NCBI GenBank assembly: GCA_036171915.1 | Contig: JAVHRY010000138.1 | Location: forward strand, 2,890 to 66,889 | DNA length: 64,000 nucleotides | Direction of reading: 5' to 3' | Source: Elusimicrobiales bacterium | GTDB taxonomy: Bacteria; Elusimicrobiota; Elusimicrobia; Elusimicrobiales; UBA9959 | Part shown: in pieces, positions 1-9,349 of the stretch | How positions within the stretch are numbered: the stretch's first letter is position 1 | Layout: each line of letters opens with the position of its first letter | Made by a program: the position numbers and the translations under genes | The notes under the pieces: generated by a model | Told to the model about the DNA's origin: nothing | Database searches by the model: none | What the model saw: only the letters and a program-made list of their open reading frames with translations

Positions 1-84
1 GAACACCTCGGTTTCGCCGCGGAAGTAGCTCACCTCGTCGGATGTGGAGCCGGGATTCAACACGAGAATATTATATTCGATCAT
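1..84 (-). CDS. buk: butyrate kinase-like protein, first 28 codons only (gene runs off the left edge)
   Basis: Reverse-strand ATG at 84..82 is preceded by GAGGAA. Translation is MIEYNILVLNPGSTSDEVSYFRGETEVF, which carries the NPGSTS motif typical of butyrate kinase N-termini (acetate kinases usually read NxGSSS). It is absent from the ORF track because it is truncated. Confidence 0.5.
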   Translation of the reverse strand, partial: MIEYNILVLNPGSTSDEVSYFRGETEVF

Positions 85-94
85 CGATAATTCC

Positions 95-1207
95 TCACTC
101 AAAAGAAATTTCGTACAGGTAAGGCGCGTTCTTTTTCTCGACCGTAAGCGTTATCCGCTTGCCGCCGGCCAGGGACAGCGCGGGCTGCTCCTTGGCGCCG
201 TAGCAATAGTCCTCTTTGGCACAGGCCGTCAGCTTCTCGGCGGGCCCCCACGGGCCCCAGGGGTAGCGGGCCTGCCTGGCGTACACTGCCGCCCCTTTTT
301 CGTCCATAAACACCGCCAGGTAGCTATTAAGAAATTCGTTGTAGGATACGGAAAAATCCTCCGGCATCCTGTCGAGCACCACGGAGGCCTCCGACAGGTC
401 CGCGGTCCAGCTCCCGGACGCGGCGTCAACGCTGTAATAGGAATATTTTTCCGGGGCGTCCAGCTGGGCGGGCTTCACCCTGGCCAGGGCCGCGCCGTAC
501 TCCCCCGGGGCGGTGATGACCCGGCCATAGACGTAAACCCAGCCGTCCTCGTCCTTAAACAGGGCGGAACCGAAAGCAGGCTCTATATCGTTCCAGAGAA
601 AATAACTGCCGGCTGCGCGCGCTTTCCGGTAGACGCCTTCAGGCTTTTGTGAAACCGCCACGCCCTGGCCTACCCTGAAATAGTCGTAGGGGTCGGCGCC
701 GTAATTATTCATTATGGAATAAAAAACCCAGCACTTTTCCGCGGAGCAAAAACCGGAACGCGGCCAGAAACGGCGGGCCTGGCTGTATTCCCCCGGGCCG
801 CCTGATAGCAGCGGCAGGGGAAGGCCGTTTTCTTCCGCCAGGTAGTTCAGCGCCGGGACCGGGGCCCCGGTGGACACCCCGGCCGAAAAAGCCGCGGCAC
901 CGTCCACAATATTCCAGACCTCGCCCTGGCCGTCTGGCTTGCGCTCGCCGGACATAACGTTGTTCAGGAACCAGATAAGGCGGCCGCCGCCAAGGGCGAC
1001 GGCATAGTTGCCGGCCTGGCCCACTACCGTCCCGGTAGCCGCGGCCTGCGCAAGCAGCGGCATGCCGCCTGAAACTGAGAAAGCCGGCAAGCCGGTTGCC
1101 TGCCGGGCGCAAACCGGCCCGCAAGCCAGCAGCGCGGCCAGCGACATGGCGGCGTTAAACCGTTTTTTTTTAAAATTTTGGCCTGGCCTGCTGCGGGTGG
1201 GGATCAT
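95..1207 (-). CDS. secreted or lipoprotein-like hypothetical protein (possibly DUF4185-like; function unknown)
   Basis: ORF 95..1243. I prefer the internal ATG at 1207, giving MIPTRSRPGQNFKKKRFNAAMSLAALLACGPVCA: a K/R-rich n-region, a hydrophobic core and a possible lipobox LLAC. Composition is protein-like with W/Y/G-rich beta-type segments. The family call is from memory only. Confidence 0.55.
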   Translation of the reverse strand: MIPTRSRPGQNFKKKRFNAAMSLAALLACGPVCARQATGLPAFSVSGGMPLLAQAAATGTVVGQAGNYAVALGGGRLIWFLNNVMSGERKPDGQGEVWNIVDGAAAFSAGVSTGAPVPALNYLAEENGLPLPLLSGGPGEYSQARRFWPRSGFCSAEKCWVFYSIMNNYGADPYDYFRVGQGVAVSQKPEGVYRKARAAGSYFLWNDIEPAFGSALFKDEDGWVYVYGRVITAPGEYGAALARVKPAQLDAPEKYSYYSVDAASGSWTADLSEASVVLDRMPEDFSVSYNEFLNSYLAVFMDEKGAAVYARQARYPWGPWGPAEKLTACAKEDYCYGAKEQPALSLAGGKRITLTVEKKNAPYLYEISFE

Positions 1208-1371
1208 TAGATTGAAACCTTTTACCGTATGCGCGTAAAACACGGGGCCTTGTTTTAACTATAATATAATACAAAACCTACCCCTTGCAACAAACCGGGG
1301 CGCAGGTATTGCTTTTATTCTTGTAACATATTGGGCATTGAATTTAAGCCGCGGTCTGTTAGACTATACTT

Positions 1372-4300
1372 ATGTTTAAAAGGGCAACAACGCTCGCCGC
1401 CTACTGCGCCTGCTTTTTCGCGCTGGCCGCAACCGCGGCGGCTGCCATACCGACGCCGTCCGTTGTATCCACCAGTACGGGCAGCGTTAATTATAACTGG
1501 TCCGGCGGGGTCCAGCCTTATACTGCCGTTATTTCGACCTCCTTTGATTTTTCCTGCCCGGTCTCCAGCGGCTCTGTAGGAACTGCCGCAATAAACTACC
1601 CCGGGCTTAATCCCAATACCACCTACTACTTCCGCGTCAAGGTAACTGCGGACCCCGAAGATCAATATTCCACCCGTTTAACCACCTCCACCTGGGTATA
1701 CGCGCCCACCGCTCTGTACTTCATTCCTAATAATTTTGTGTCCGAATCCTCTTTTACCGCCCTGGCTAGCCTGGGCTGGGATACCGGCAATAACCCGGAC
1801 TGGACTACTTACGAGCTTGAGCAAGCAGACGACAACACCTTCATCCCAGCCCTTACATTGACCAGGAAAACCAATACTACCAATGTGGGCGGCCTGAACG
1901 CCAATACCACCTACTACTTTAAACTGCGTGCGCGCGGCGTATCCGGAACGGTAACCGACTACACTCCGTACATAGATACCGCCACCCTGTCCGTAAAACT
2001 TTCCGGCTTTAGCTCGGTGGTTTCAGATAATGACGCTACCATTTCGTGGGTCAAAGTAAACGATCCCAGCATTAACGCGCTTAAAGCCACAGGCTATCAC
2101 CTGGTACTTTCCACTTCCCAGTCCATGGTCCCTATTACCACCGACCTGGTAAACCCGGACCCGGACACGCCCTCGATACATCTGACCCCGCTTACGGCGA
2201 ACACCACTTATTACTACCGGGCCGGGACCCTCAACACGAACGGGGTTTCAAACATGAGCGACAACCGCTCTTTTACAACGCTCGCGCCGATCCCTGCCGG
2301 GTTGAAGATAATAACGGTAGCCGACGGCTCGGCCAAACTGGGCTGGACCGCCCTGGCGCCCGGGGCCGCGCTGGGCTACAAACTGGAAGCCTCCACGGAT
2401 AATTTCACCGGCCCGGAGATCGCGTTATCCTCAGTTTCATACGGCGTTGCCATAAGCACGCTCTCCATCCCCACCCTGGACCCGAACACCACCTATTATT
2501 TCAGGGTCTCATCTCTTAACAGCGCCGAAGCCCAAAACCACGGGACCTCGCTTTCCACTGTTACGTTAACACTCCCGCTTTCACCTCTAGGCGCGTTATT
2601 ACAGATCTCTCACAACCAGCACAATATGACGGCGAGTTTTGCAGGCGGCCTGTTCCCGGAAACGCCGCAGGCCTTTGCCTGCGAGGGGTATATTTTTGAT
2701 ATTTCCACCGCGGCCTTCGGCTCCGGCGGCACCATACTTTCCTCGGTAACCTACCAGCGGGACCTTAGCGTACTTAATATCTCCGGCCTGGGACCGAACG
2801 TGCTGTATTATCTGCGCATAGGCACTTTAAACTGGGAATTTACCCCAAACTATACTTACCTGGACCCAGCTAGAACAGATGTTCCCGGCCCGCTTTCAAA
2901 CGTGCTGCTCGCTGGCGTCTGGCTCTCCAGCGCCTCTATAAACTTCACCCCCGCGGGCGACGCCGACGGCTATGTGGCGGAAGCCTCCGAGGACCAGCAT
3001 TTTTCCCCGGTATTTAAAAGCTCGGCGACCGCCGCGCCCCTGGCGAGCAACCTGGTTATAACAGGTTTGAACCCCAATACCCAGTACTACTACCGAGCCG
3101 GGGCGCTCTTCAACGGAGCCACGGTGTATATGTACACTATCCCGGAAAGGCAATCAACCCTGGCCACCCCCCTTACCCTGTCGGACCCGCCTTTCGCCGG
3201 GGTGTTTTTCTCAAGCGTCTCGCTTACCTGGGGCGCGCTGCCGGCAAATTCGGCCGCGAGCTACAGGATAGAGGCCGCCGCCACCGCGGCTTTCTCGCCG
3301 GTACTTTTTTCATCTTCCTCCCCCAATATGTCGCTAAGCACGCTTACCTTGACCGGCCTTACCCCCAACACAAGTTATTATTTCCGGGCCGGCACCGTTA
3401 ACCTGGACAATACGCCGAACTATTATTTTACCCCGGCCACGGCCACGCTTGCCGCTATGCCAACCGAACAGCCCTACACCGGGCTCAGGCCTACCTCAAT
3501 TACGCTTAACTGGCTGGCGAACTTAAACCCGGCGGACACGCTTTACATCGCAGAGCTGGACACCGACCCGGGCTTCGGCTCCCCCGCCTCCTCCGCAACC
3601 GTGCTCTCTTCAGCCACCTTCACTGGCCTCATCCCCGCCACGGTATATCACGCGCGGGTAACGGCCTACAACCGCCTCAACAGGATGACCCCGACGGTGC
3701 CTTTCGCAGACATGGCCACCGGGGCCTACGACCCGGTTCTACCCGGTTATACTGATATAGGCGTAACCTCCATGACGGTGAACTGGGGGCCGGGCCTGAA
3801 CCCGGTCAACAATTATTACCGCGCTCAAATATCGTCCAGCACTAACTTTTCAGGAGTGGTGCTTTCCTCTATCACCATCGCCCTGGATGCGGTCTTTAAC
3901 GGGCTGGTCTCCAATGCCAGCTATTACCTGCGTGTTTCCGCCCTTAACTTGACCGGGGTGGCTACGGACCCGGCGGTGCCGTCCGCTGCGCCGGCCCTGA
4001 CGCTGCCCGCCACCGCGTATATGCTGCCGCTGGCGGACGCTTTTTCAAACCCGCTGATAGACGGTTTTACCGTAAGCTGGCTAGCCAACGGGAACTCCTC
4101 ACTTACCATGTACAACGTGCAGGCATCCACCATGGAAGATTTTTCGGTGATAACCTCCAGCCGCGTCGCGCCTGACGTTACCTGCAAATTCTCCGACCTG
4201 CTTATTGACACCACCTACTGGGTGCAGGTGCAGGCAAAAGGCCAGGGCGGCGTGCTTACACCTTATGAGACCGTGGGCTCCACCTGGACCACGCCGTATT

Positions 4301-5001
4301 CCCTGTTAAACTCGGTGGCCCTGCAGGATTCCATAATTTTCCTGGACACCTCTTACGGGCGTATTTCGGTGCACATGCCCGCCGGCTCCGTAGGCGGCTC
4401 GACCCGCCTGACATTGCAGCCGAAAACCCTGTCCAGGGCGTCGGCGAAATCGGCGGTGTCGGAACTTACGCCCACCGGGATAGGCATAGCCATAACATAT
4501 TTTCCCCCGGTGCTGATACTTAACGCCATAACCATTACGCTGCCGTACAGGCAGGCGGATCTGCCTGCGTACACGGATAAATCAAAACTGATACTGGCGC
4601 TGTTTGACGAGACCAACGCGCTCTGGGTGCCGCTGCCGTCCGCCTCGGACATCCCGAATAACCGCGTAATCGGCCAGACCTGGCATCTGTCAACCTTCCA
4701 GATAATGCAGGCGAAATCCGAAAGCGGGCTTGGCGACGTTAAAATTTACCCCAACCCGTACCGCCCGAACTCGGTTGCGGACGTTATGCATTTCACCAAT
4801 ATGACCCCCTACGCCAAGGTCAGGATCTACACTTTTATCGGCGAGCTGGTGCGCGAGATAAAAGCCGACGTGAACGGCATGGCGCACTGGGACGGGCTTA
4901 ACGGCGACAAGCGCAAGGCGGCCAGCGGCGTTTATATAGCTTTCATACAAACCGCGGATAAAAAATCTTCAAAGAGTTTCAAGGTGGCGCTGGAAAGGTA
5001 G
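1372..5001 (+). CDS. large secreted surface protein with ~10 FN3-like repeats and a T9SS-type C-terminal sorting-domain-like tail
   Basis: 1209-aa ORF with signal peptide MFKRATTLAAYCACFFALAATAAAA. Ten modules end in the FN3 F-strand signature L(N/T/D)PNTTYYFR(V/A) (NTTYYFRVKV, NTTYYFKLRA, NTTYYYRAGT, NTQYYYRAGA, NTSYYFRAGT and others). See the C-terminal tail feature below. Confidence 0.85.
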   Translation: MFKRATTLAAYCACFFALAATAAAAIPTPSVVSTSTGSVNYNWSGGVQPYTAVISTSFDFSCPVSSGSVGTAAINYPGLNPNTTYYFRVKVTADPEDQYSTRLTTSTWVYAPTALYFIPNNFVSESSFTALASLGWDTGNNPDWTTYELEQADDNTFIPALTLTRKTNTTNVGGLNANTTYYFKLRARGVSGTVTDYTPYIDTATLSVKLSGFSSVVSDNDATISWVKVNDPSINALKATGYHLVLSTSQSMVPITTDLVNPDPDTPSIHLTPLTANTTYYYRAGTLNTNGVSNMSDNRSFTTLAPIPAGLKIITVADGSAKLGWTALAPGAALGYKLEASTDNFTGPEIALSSVSYGVAISTLSIPTLDPNTTYYFRVSSLNSAEAQNHGTSLSTVTLTLPLSPLGALLQISHNQHNMTASFAGGLFPETPQAFACEGYIFDISTAAFGSGGTILSSVTYQRDLSVLNISGLGPNVLYYLRIGTLNWEFTPNYTYLDPARTDVPGPLSNVLLAGVWLSSASINFTPAGDADGYVAEASEDQHFSPVFKSSATAAPLASNLVITGLNPNTQYYYRAGALFNGATVYMYTIPERQSTLATPLTLSDPPFAGVFFSSVSLTWGALPANSAASYRIEAAATAAFSPVLFSSSSPNMSLSTLTLTGLTPNTSYYFRAGTVNLDNTPNYYFTPATATLAAMPTEQPYTGLRPTSITLNWLANLNPADTLYIAELDTDPGFGSPASSATVLSSATFTGLIPATVYHARVTAYNRLNRMTPTVPFADMATGAYDPVLPGYTDIGVTSMTVNWGPGLNPVNNYYRAQISSSTNFSGVVLSSITIALDAVFNGLVSNASYYLRVSALNLTGVATDPAVPSAAPALTLPATAYMLPLADAFSNPLIDGFTVSWLANGNSSLTMYNVQASTMEDFSVITSSRVAPDVTCKFSDLLIDTTYWVQVQAKGQGGVLTPYETVGSTWTTPYSLLNSVALQDSIIFLDTSYGRISVHMPAGSVGGSTRLTLQPKTLSRASAKSAVSELTPTGIGIAITYFPPVLILNAITITLPYRQADLPAYTDKSKLILALFDETNALWVPLPSASDIPNNRVIGQTWHLSTFQIMQAKSESGLGDVKIYPNPYRPNSVADVMHFTNMTPYAKVRIYTFIGELVREIKADVNGMAHWDGLNGDKRKAASGVYIAFIQTADKKSSKSFKVALER
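4735..4998 (+). other. C-terminal ~85-aa domain resembling the T9SS (Por) sorting CTD / FlgD-Ig-like fold
   Basis: GDVKIYPNPYRPNSVADVMHFTNMTPYAKVRIYTFIGELVREIKADVNGMAHWDGLNGDKRKAASGVYIAFIQTADKKSSKSFKVALER. It matches the pattern YPNP..(hydrophobic strand)..V(K/R)IY...G(E/R)LV......WDG.N......SGVY...(I/L), as in TIGR04183-type tails. Confidence 0.55.
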
Positions 5002-5027
5002 ACCGGCGGGCAAGGGCGCGCACTATT

Positions 5028-6020
5028 ATGACCGAGCGGGCATTGCAAAAAAGCGTTCTTCAAGGCGCGGCTTTAATGCCGGCGCTGCTGCTTTGGGCCC
5101 TTTACTCAGCGCCCGGCTGCGGCGCGCAGGGCTTTGACGCCGCCTCGGCCGGCACCGCTACCGCGCAATTTTTAAAGATAGCTTCGGGCGCGCGCGGGGC
5201 GGCCCTGGGCGAGGCCTATTCCGCGCTGGCCGACGACGCCTTCGCCCTGGACTGGAACCCGGCCGGCCTGATCAACGTAAAGACAAATTCCATGGCCTTC
5301 ATGCACTCTCCCTACCTGGCCGGCACTTCCGTGGATTACTTCGCCTACGCCGAAAGCGCCGGGGAGGTAGGGGCCTGGGGCGTTTCAGGCAAATACATGA
5401 GTTATGGCAAGATCAGCCGGACCGACTCCAGCGGCCTTGAACTGGGCAGTTTCAACCCTTACGACAGCGCCGTTAACGTGGGCTTCGCCTGCTATATAAC
5501 CGGCTTCAATAAAGACCCGGAAGAACGCTTTGTGCTGGGCGGTACCGGTAAATTCGTGCGTTCCAAGATCCTGACTGCCGACAATACCGTTTCGGCCGAT
5601 ATCGGAATTAATATGCCGTACATGTTCGACAACCGTTTCCGCATGAGCCTGGTGGCGCAGAACATAATGGGCACGCTTCGCTACGACAAAGAAGAGGCCC
5701 CTCTCCCCCTTATACTGCGCGCCGGCACGGTGACAAAACTGGCGGATTACCTTAACCTTACCGCCGACGTGATAGCGACACGGGACAACCTGCCGTACCT
5801 GGCCATGGGCGGGGAAGGCAAGATCCCAGTCTATAAGGATATGGATGTTTTTTTGCGGGCCGGTTTCAACACGCGCGCCATCACCGATACCGGCGGCACG
5901 CGCAACGTGGCTTTCGGGCTGGGTATCCGCTACACCGGCTACTGGCTGGATTACGCTTTCTCTCCGTTCGGGGAGCTCGGGACGGTGCACCGCATGTCGG
6001 CGGTTATCAATTTCCAATAA
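5028..6020 (+). CDS. PorV/PorQ-family-like outer-membrane beta-barrel protein
   Basis: 330 aa with a signal peptide, followed by the family-typical N-terminal block GTATAQFLKIASGARGAALGEAYSALADDAFALDWNPAGL. The remainder has alternating beta-strand character and ends in an aromatic residue (...SAVINFQ). It starts 26 nt after the CTD-bearing protein. Confidence 0.7.
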   Translation: MTERALQKSVLQGAALMPALLLWALYSAPGCGAQGFDAASAGTATAQFLKIASGARGAALGEAYSALADDAFALDWNPAGLINVKTNSMAFMHSPYLAGTSVDYFAYAESAGEVGAWGVSGKYMSYGKISRTDSSGLELGSFNPYDSAVNVGFACYITGFNKDPEERFVLGGTGKFVRSKILTADNTVSADIGINMPYMFDNRFRMSLVAQNIMGTLRYDKEEAPLPLILRAGTVTKLADYLNLTADVIATRDNLPYLAMGGEGKIPVYKDMDVFLRAGFNTRAITDTGGTRNVAFGLGIRYTGYWLDYAFSPFGELGTVHRMSAVINFQ

Positions 6021-7284
6021 CAGTCTGCCGGAGGCTGCCGCCGGCAGTTGCCCCCCTTTGCGCCGTAAGCGGAAAGGACAGGACCAGCCACACCCCGGAG
6101 AAAACCAAACCCAGCGCCGGGTAGAAGCCCGGAGCTATAGCGCCCAGCGTCTTCAGGCCGGATATCCAGGCGGCGGTAACGCCCTTGGCGAAGCGGTAGG
6201 TAAAAGCGTCCGCCACCTGCTTGGCGCGGTAGCGGGTATCGTAGGAGAACGGGATATACAGGGTTTCCTTGGACGCCCTGAAGATGGAATAATCCATCCC
6301 CTTGAACAGCAGGAAGGCCGCGGAAGCGACGCCCAGGGTGGGGTACAGGAAGAGCAGCAGGCAGGTAAAGATATGCACCGCAGGGATGGACGTCAGTATG
6401 CCGCGCCGGGGAATATAGCGCAGCAGCAGCGGCGTGAGCAGGAACTGCATTGAGAACGAAAAAATATTCACGCTCATCCAGAAATGCCCCAGGTAGGCCG
6501 TGCGCGCGTCCTTGGTGGGCATGAAGTCCTGCACCAGCTGCGTGAAGCGGAAATCCAGCGCGGTAGCCACCACCTGCGCCGCGAAAATGATGAAAGCTAT
6601 AAAAAGGACCGTGCGGTTCTCTTTAAGGATGCTCAGGTGCAGGGGACCTTTTTTCCCTCCGGCCTCGTCCTCGGCGGGCTTGGGCTCCCCCGCCTTCCCG
6701 TAGCCTATCCAGAAGAGCGCGGCGGCGGGCACGATCGCAAGCGCCGCGAAACCGACGAAGATGTCGGTCCCGAGGCTCACCGCGAAGCGCCCCAGCAGCC
6801 AGCCGCCGGCCAGGGACCCCAGCGCGCCAAGGCCGGCCACAGGCCCGTTAAAGATCTTCCCCTCGTCGTCTTTAAGCACGCTGTTTATAAAAGACCAGTA
6901 TTGCTCGGAAATTATCACTACATAGGACTCCTTGAAGACCAGCAGCAGGAAAGCCAGCCACCGGCCCGCCCAGCCCAGCAGCAGCCAGGCCGCCGCCAGG
7001 AAAACCGCGCTCCCCAGCATCGAGGCCACCATGGCCTTTTTGGCCCCCACGGCGGAAAGCAGCAGGCCGTAGCCGTAGATCATAGCGGCCATCAGAAAGG
7101 GCACGCAGGCGATAGCGTAAGGTTTGGCCGCCGCGCCGAACTGCTCCATAAAAATTGACTCGGCGGGCGAGCGGATGAACTCATAGCCGCAGAAAAGGAA
7201 CATGGCGGAAAGTCCCGCCAGGAAGACCGCCCCCGCCACGTGCCGGCCGCGTTCGGTCTTTAAAGCCGCGAAAAGTGTGCTCAT
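6007..7284 (-). CDS. polytopic membrane transporter, MFS/TLC (nucleotide translocase)-like
   Basis: 425 aa with about 11-12 hydrophobic segments. The block EQYWSFINSVLKDDEGKIFNGPVAGLGALGSLAGG resembles the conserved (Q/E)FWSFAN....EAKR.(F/Y)P..G.GA..G motif of TLC-type carriers. The family assignment is tentative. Confidence 0.55.
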   Translation of the reverse strand: MSTLFAALKTERGRHVAGAVFLAGLSAMFLFCGYEFIRSPAESIFMEQFGAAAKPYAIACVPFLMAAMIYGYGLLLSAVGAKKAMVASMLGSAVFLAAAWLLLGWAGRWLAFLLLVFKESYVVIISEQYWSFINSVLKDDEGKIFNGPVAGLGALGSLAGGWLLGRFAVSLGTDIFVGFAALAIVPAAALFWIGYGKAGEPKPAEDEAGGKKGPLHLSILKENRTVLFIAFIIFAAQVVATALDFRFTQLVQDFMPTKDARTAYLGHFWMSVNIFSFSMQFLLTPLLLRYIPRRGILTSIPAVHIFTCLLLFLYPTLGVASAAFLLFKGMDYSIFRASKETLYIPFSYDTRYRAKQVADAFTYRFAKGVTAAWISGLKTLGAIAPGFYPALGLVFSGVWLVLSFPLTAQRGATAGGSLRQTVIGN

Positions 7285-7363
7285 AGTTTATGCGCCTTAC
7301 ATAAAACCCGGCCGGCGGCCCGGGGCTTTCTCCGCCCCGGAACTGCCGCCGCTTTACCTCCGC

Positions 7364-8569
7364 TTAATACCTGAACTGCCCGTTCTCGTAGATAACTATC
7401 TTCCTGCCGTTGACGAGCGTGGCGGTAACTTTCTTATCCTCGGTGTTTATCAGGTCCCAGTGCACCGCGGAATCGTTGTAGCCAAGCTTACTCTTCAGCG
7501 CCCCGTTGAGTTTTGAAATGTCGCCGGTATAAGTATCGCTGTAGGAGTTGCCTATGGCCACGTGGCAGTTGCCGTGTTTGCCGCCGTGGTTCTCGTCGAA
7601 CAGCGTGTCGGCCATGAACTTATCTATCCGCGAGAAGCGCTTGTCCGTCAGCGAGTACTCGCCTATCTGCGAAGCGCCCTTGTCGGTCCCCATGATCTTC
7701 TTTACGTAATCTTCGCCTTTGCCGGCGGAGATCTTTACCGCGCGGCCGGCCTTAAACTCCAGCTTTATCTTCTCCACATAGTTGCCGCCGCGGAAGGCCG
7801 GGAGGTTGGCGTAGTAAATGCCGCGCGTGCCGCGCCAGTCGGGCGAAGTGAAGATCTCGAAGGACGGGATGTTGTGGCCGCTGATGCCCAGGAAGCGGCG
7901 CTTCTCCCCCAGCTTAACCTCGAAGTCCATCGAGGCGGACTCGGTGCGGATGGTGCCCATCCCCAGCGAGCCCAGCCATTTCTTTATGGCCGTCACCTGC
8001 TTGTAGACCTGGCCCCATTTCTTCACCGGGTCCGGCGCGTCCAGGTAGCAGGCCTTGGCTATCTGGGCCGCGTATTCCTTAACGGAAAGCTTGGCCTGTT
8101 TGGCGAGTTCTTCGGTCGGGTAGGTGCAAAGGGTCCAGGCGAACCGGCCGCTCTCTTCGCGCTTGTTGCGGATGTCGAACAGCGGCTTTTTGGCTATGGC
8201 AACCTGCGACTGGCGCTTGGTGTCTATGTCCTTTAAGTGCGTCAGCGAGGCGGGGGCGTGGATGAAGACGTAGCCGTTGAGGTTGTTATACATCTCCCTG
8301 TCCCATGACGACAGGAAGCCGCGCTGTTTCTCGTCCGAGAACTGGTAGAAGTCCCTCTCCAGCACCGGGCTGGGCAGAAAGGCAACCGCCACGTTGAAGC
8401 GGCGCTGCACCAGCTTGCGGTGGACTATCTCGCCCAGTTCGCGGGCTGCGAGATCGCAGCGCAGCAGCACATTGTCGTATTTTTTAAAAGGCTTGGTGCG
8501 GGCGGTGATGAGCCCCCAGACCAGGGTGTCCGCGTATTTTTCCAGCTGCATTTTTGACAGTACGCTCAT
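7364..8569 (-). CDS. aminopeptidase, peptidase family M29 (AmpS/PepS-like)
   Basis: 401 aa. N-terminus is LEKYADTLVWGL. The C-terminal metal-site region reads DENHGGKHGNCHVAIGNSY...AVHWDL, typical of M29 thermophilic metalloproteases. RBS AAGGAGA lies upstream of the ATG at 8569. Confidence 0.8.
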   Translation of the reverse strand: MSVLSKMQLEKYADTLVWGLITARTKPFKKYDNVLLRCDLAARELGEIVHRKLVQRRFNVAVAFLPSPVLERDFYQFSDEKQRGFLSSWDREMYNNLNGYVFIHAPASLTHLKDIDTKRQSQVAIAKKPLFDIRNKREESGRFAWTLCTYPTEELAKQAKLSVKEYAAQIAKACYLDAPDPVKKWGQVYKQVTAIKKWLGSLGMGTIRTESASMDFEVKLGEKRRFLGISGHNIPSFEIFTSPDWRGTRGIYYANLPAFRGGNYVEKIKLEFKAGRAVKISAGKGEDYVKKIMGTDKGASQIGEYSLTDKRFSRIDKFMADTLFDENHGGKHGNCHVAIGNSYSDTYTGDISKLNGALKSKLGYNDSAVHWDLINTEDKKVTATLVNGRKIVIYENGQFRY

Positions 8570-8621
8570 AGCATCTCCTTAAAGGCTGCGCATAAAAATC
8601 CCGGGCAGGCGCCCAGGGTAA

Positions 8622-8630
8622 ATTATAACA
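8622..8630 (-). promoter_or_regulatory. candidate extended -10 promoter (TGTTATAAT) for the aminopeptidase gene
   Basis: The minus strand reads ...cgcttTTGTTATAATttaccc..., i.e. TGnTATAAT, about 50 nt upstream of the AAGGAGA RBS/ATG at 8569. No convincing -35 was seen. Confidence 0.35.
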
Positions 8631-8709
8631 AAAGCGCTCCGCCGCCTTTTGGGGAACCGCGCCGCGGCGCTCAAAAGGCCCAGGCACAGATCAGGCCTGT
8701 TGCCGGGCC

Positions 8710-8758
8710 GGGACTTTGACAGGGACTTTGACAAGGGACTTTGACAGGGACTTTGACA
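8710..8758. repeat. four tandem copies of GGGACTTTGACA (12-mer; one extra A between copies 2 and 3)
   Basis: Exact copies at 8710..8721, 8722..8733, 8735..8746 and 8747..8758, in the divergent intergenic region between the aminopeptidase (-) and ORF 8797 (+). Confidence 0.9.
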
Positions 8759-8761
8759 CCC

Positions 8762-8790
8762 TTAACAAACCGTAACAAAGCTGTTATACT
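8762..8790 (+). promoter_or_regulatory. candidate sigma70-type promoter (TTAACA-17 nt-TATACT) for ORF 8797
   Basis: -35-like TTAACA at 8762..8767, a 17-nt spacer and -10 TATACT at 8785..8790. The ATG at 8797 lies only 6 nt after the -10 box and has no SD, implying a leaderless or near-leaderless mRNA. Confidence 0.35.
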
Positions 8791-8796
8791 CTAGAT

Positions 8797-9225
8797 ATGG
8801 AACAAACACCCCGGGAACCGGCCGCCGAGCCCGTTAAAAACCCGGTTCCTTCAAAGAGAGCCGGGCTTTTTACCCGGGCGGCGTTTATATTGCTGTCGGC
8901 TTTTATAATACTGCACCGCGCTTACTTGGTTTATTTAATAGCCGCTCTGGGCGGCAGCCAAAAACCGGGCGCCCTGGACGGCCTGGGGATGTCCCTTATG
9001 TTCCTTGACCCGGTGGCCGCCCTGCCGATAATACTTATCGGCGCGGTTACAGGCATTGCGAATATGCCGGTAGACGCTTTTTACCGGCATTACTACCAGC
9101 CCGCGTCAATAGGGCTGGACTGTTTCCTTATCTATCTTTTATGGCTTTGGGCCCGCGGCGCGTTCCGGGGCAGGGAAGAGGAAAAGAAGGAAGAAAAAAA
9201 CATGGGAGATTCCGGCGGGATATAA
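8797..9225 (+). CDS. small hypothetical integral membrane protein
   Basis: 142 aa with 3-4 hydrophobic helices (AAFILLSAFIILH, LVYLIAALGG, PVAALPIILIGAVTGIA, LDCFLIYLLWLWA) and a charged tail (REEEKKEEK). No family recognised. Confidence 0.5.
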   Translation: MEQTPREPAAEPVKNPVPSKRAGLFTRAAFILLSAFIILHRAYLVYLIAALGGSQKPGALDGLGMSLMFLDPVAALPIILIGAVTGIANMPVDAFYRHYYQPASIGLDCFLIYLLWLWARGAFRGREEEKKEEKNMGDSGGI

Positions 9226-9349
9226 GCCGGAACGCGCGCTCCCGCGGCAAAAAAGCCGGTGCCCCCGGTTTCAGGGCCGGGGAAAGTGCCCCGGGCGCGC
9301 TTGCGGGCTCTGCGGAGGAGGCGGCGGAGAGCACCCAGGAGCCTGTCCC

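Noticed and set aside
9247-9298. GC-rich hairpins (CCGGGG-N6-CCCCGG, and CCGG-N5-CCGG followed by TTTTTT on the minus strand) lie between the convergent ORF 8797 and the histidine kinase. They could be a bidirectional terminator.
   Set aside because: The stems are only 4-6 bp, and only one is followed by a U-tract. This is too weak to annotate as a terminator without folding energies or 3'-end data.
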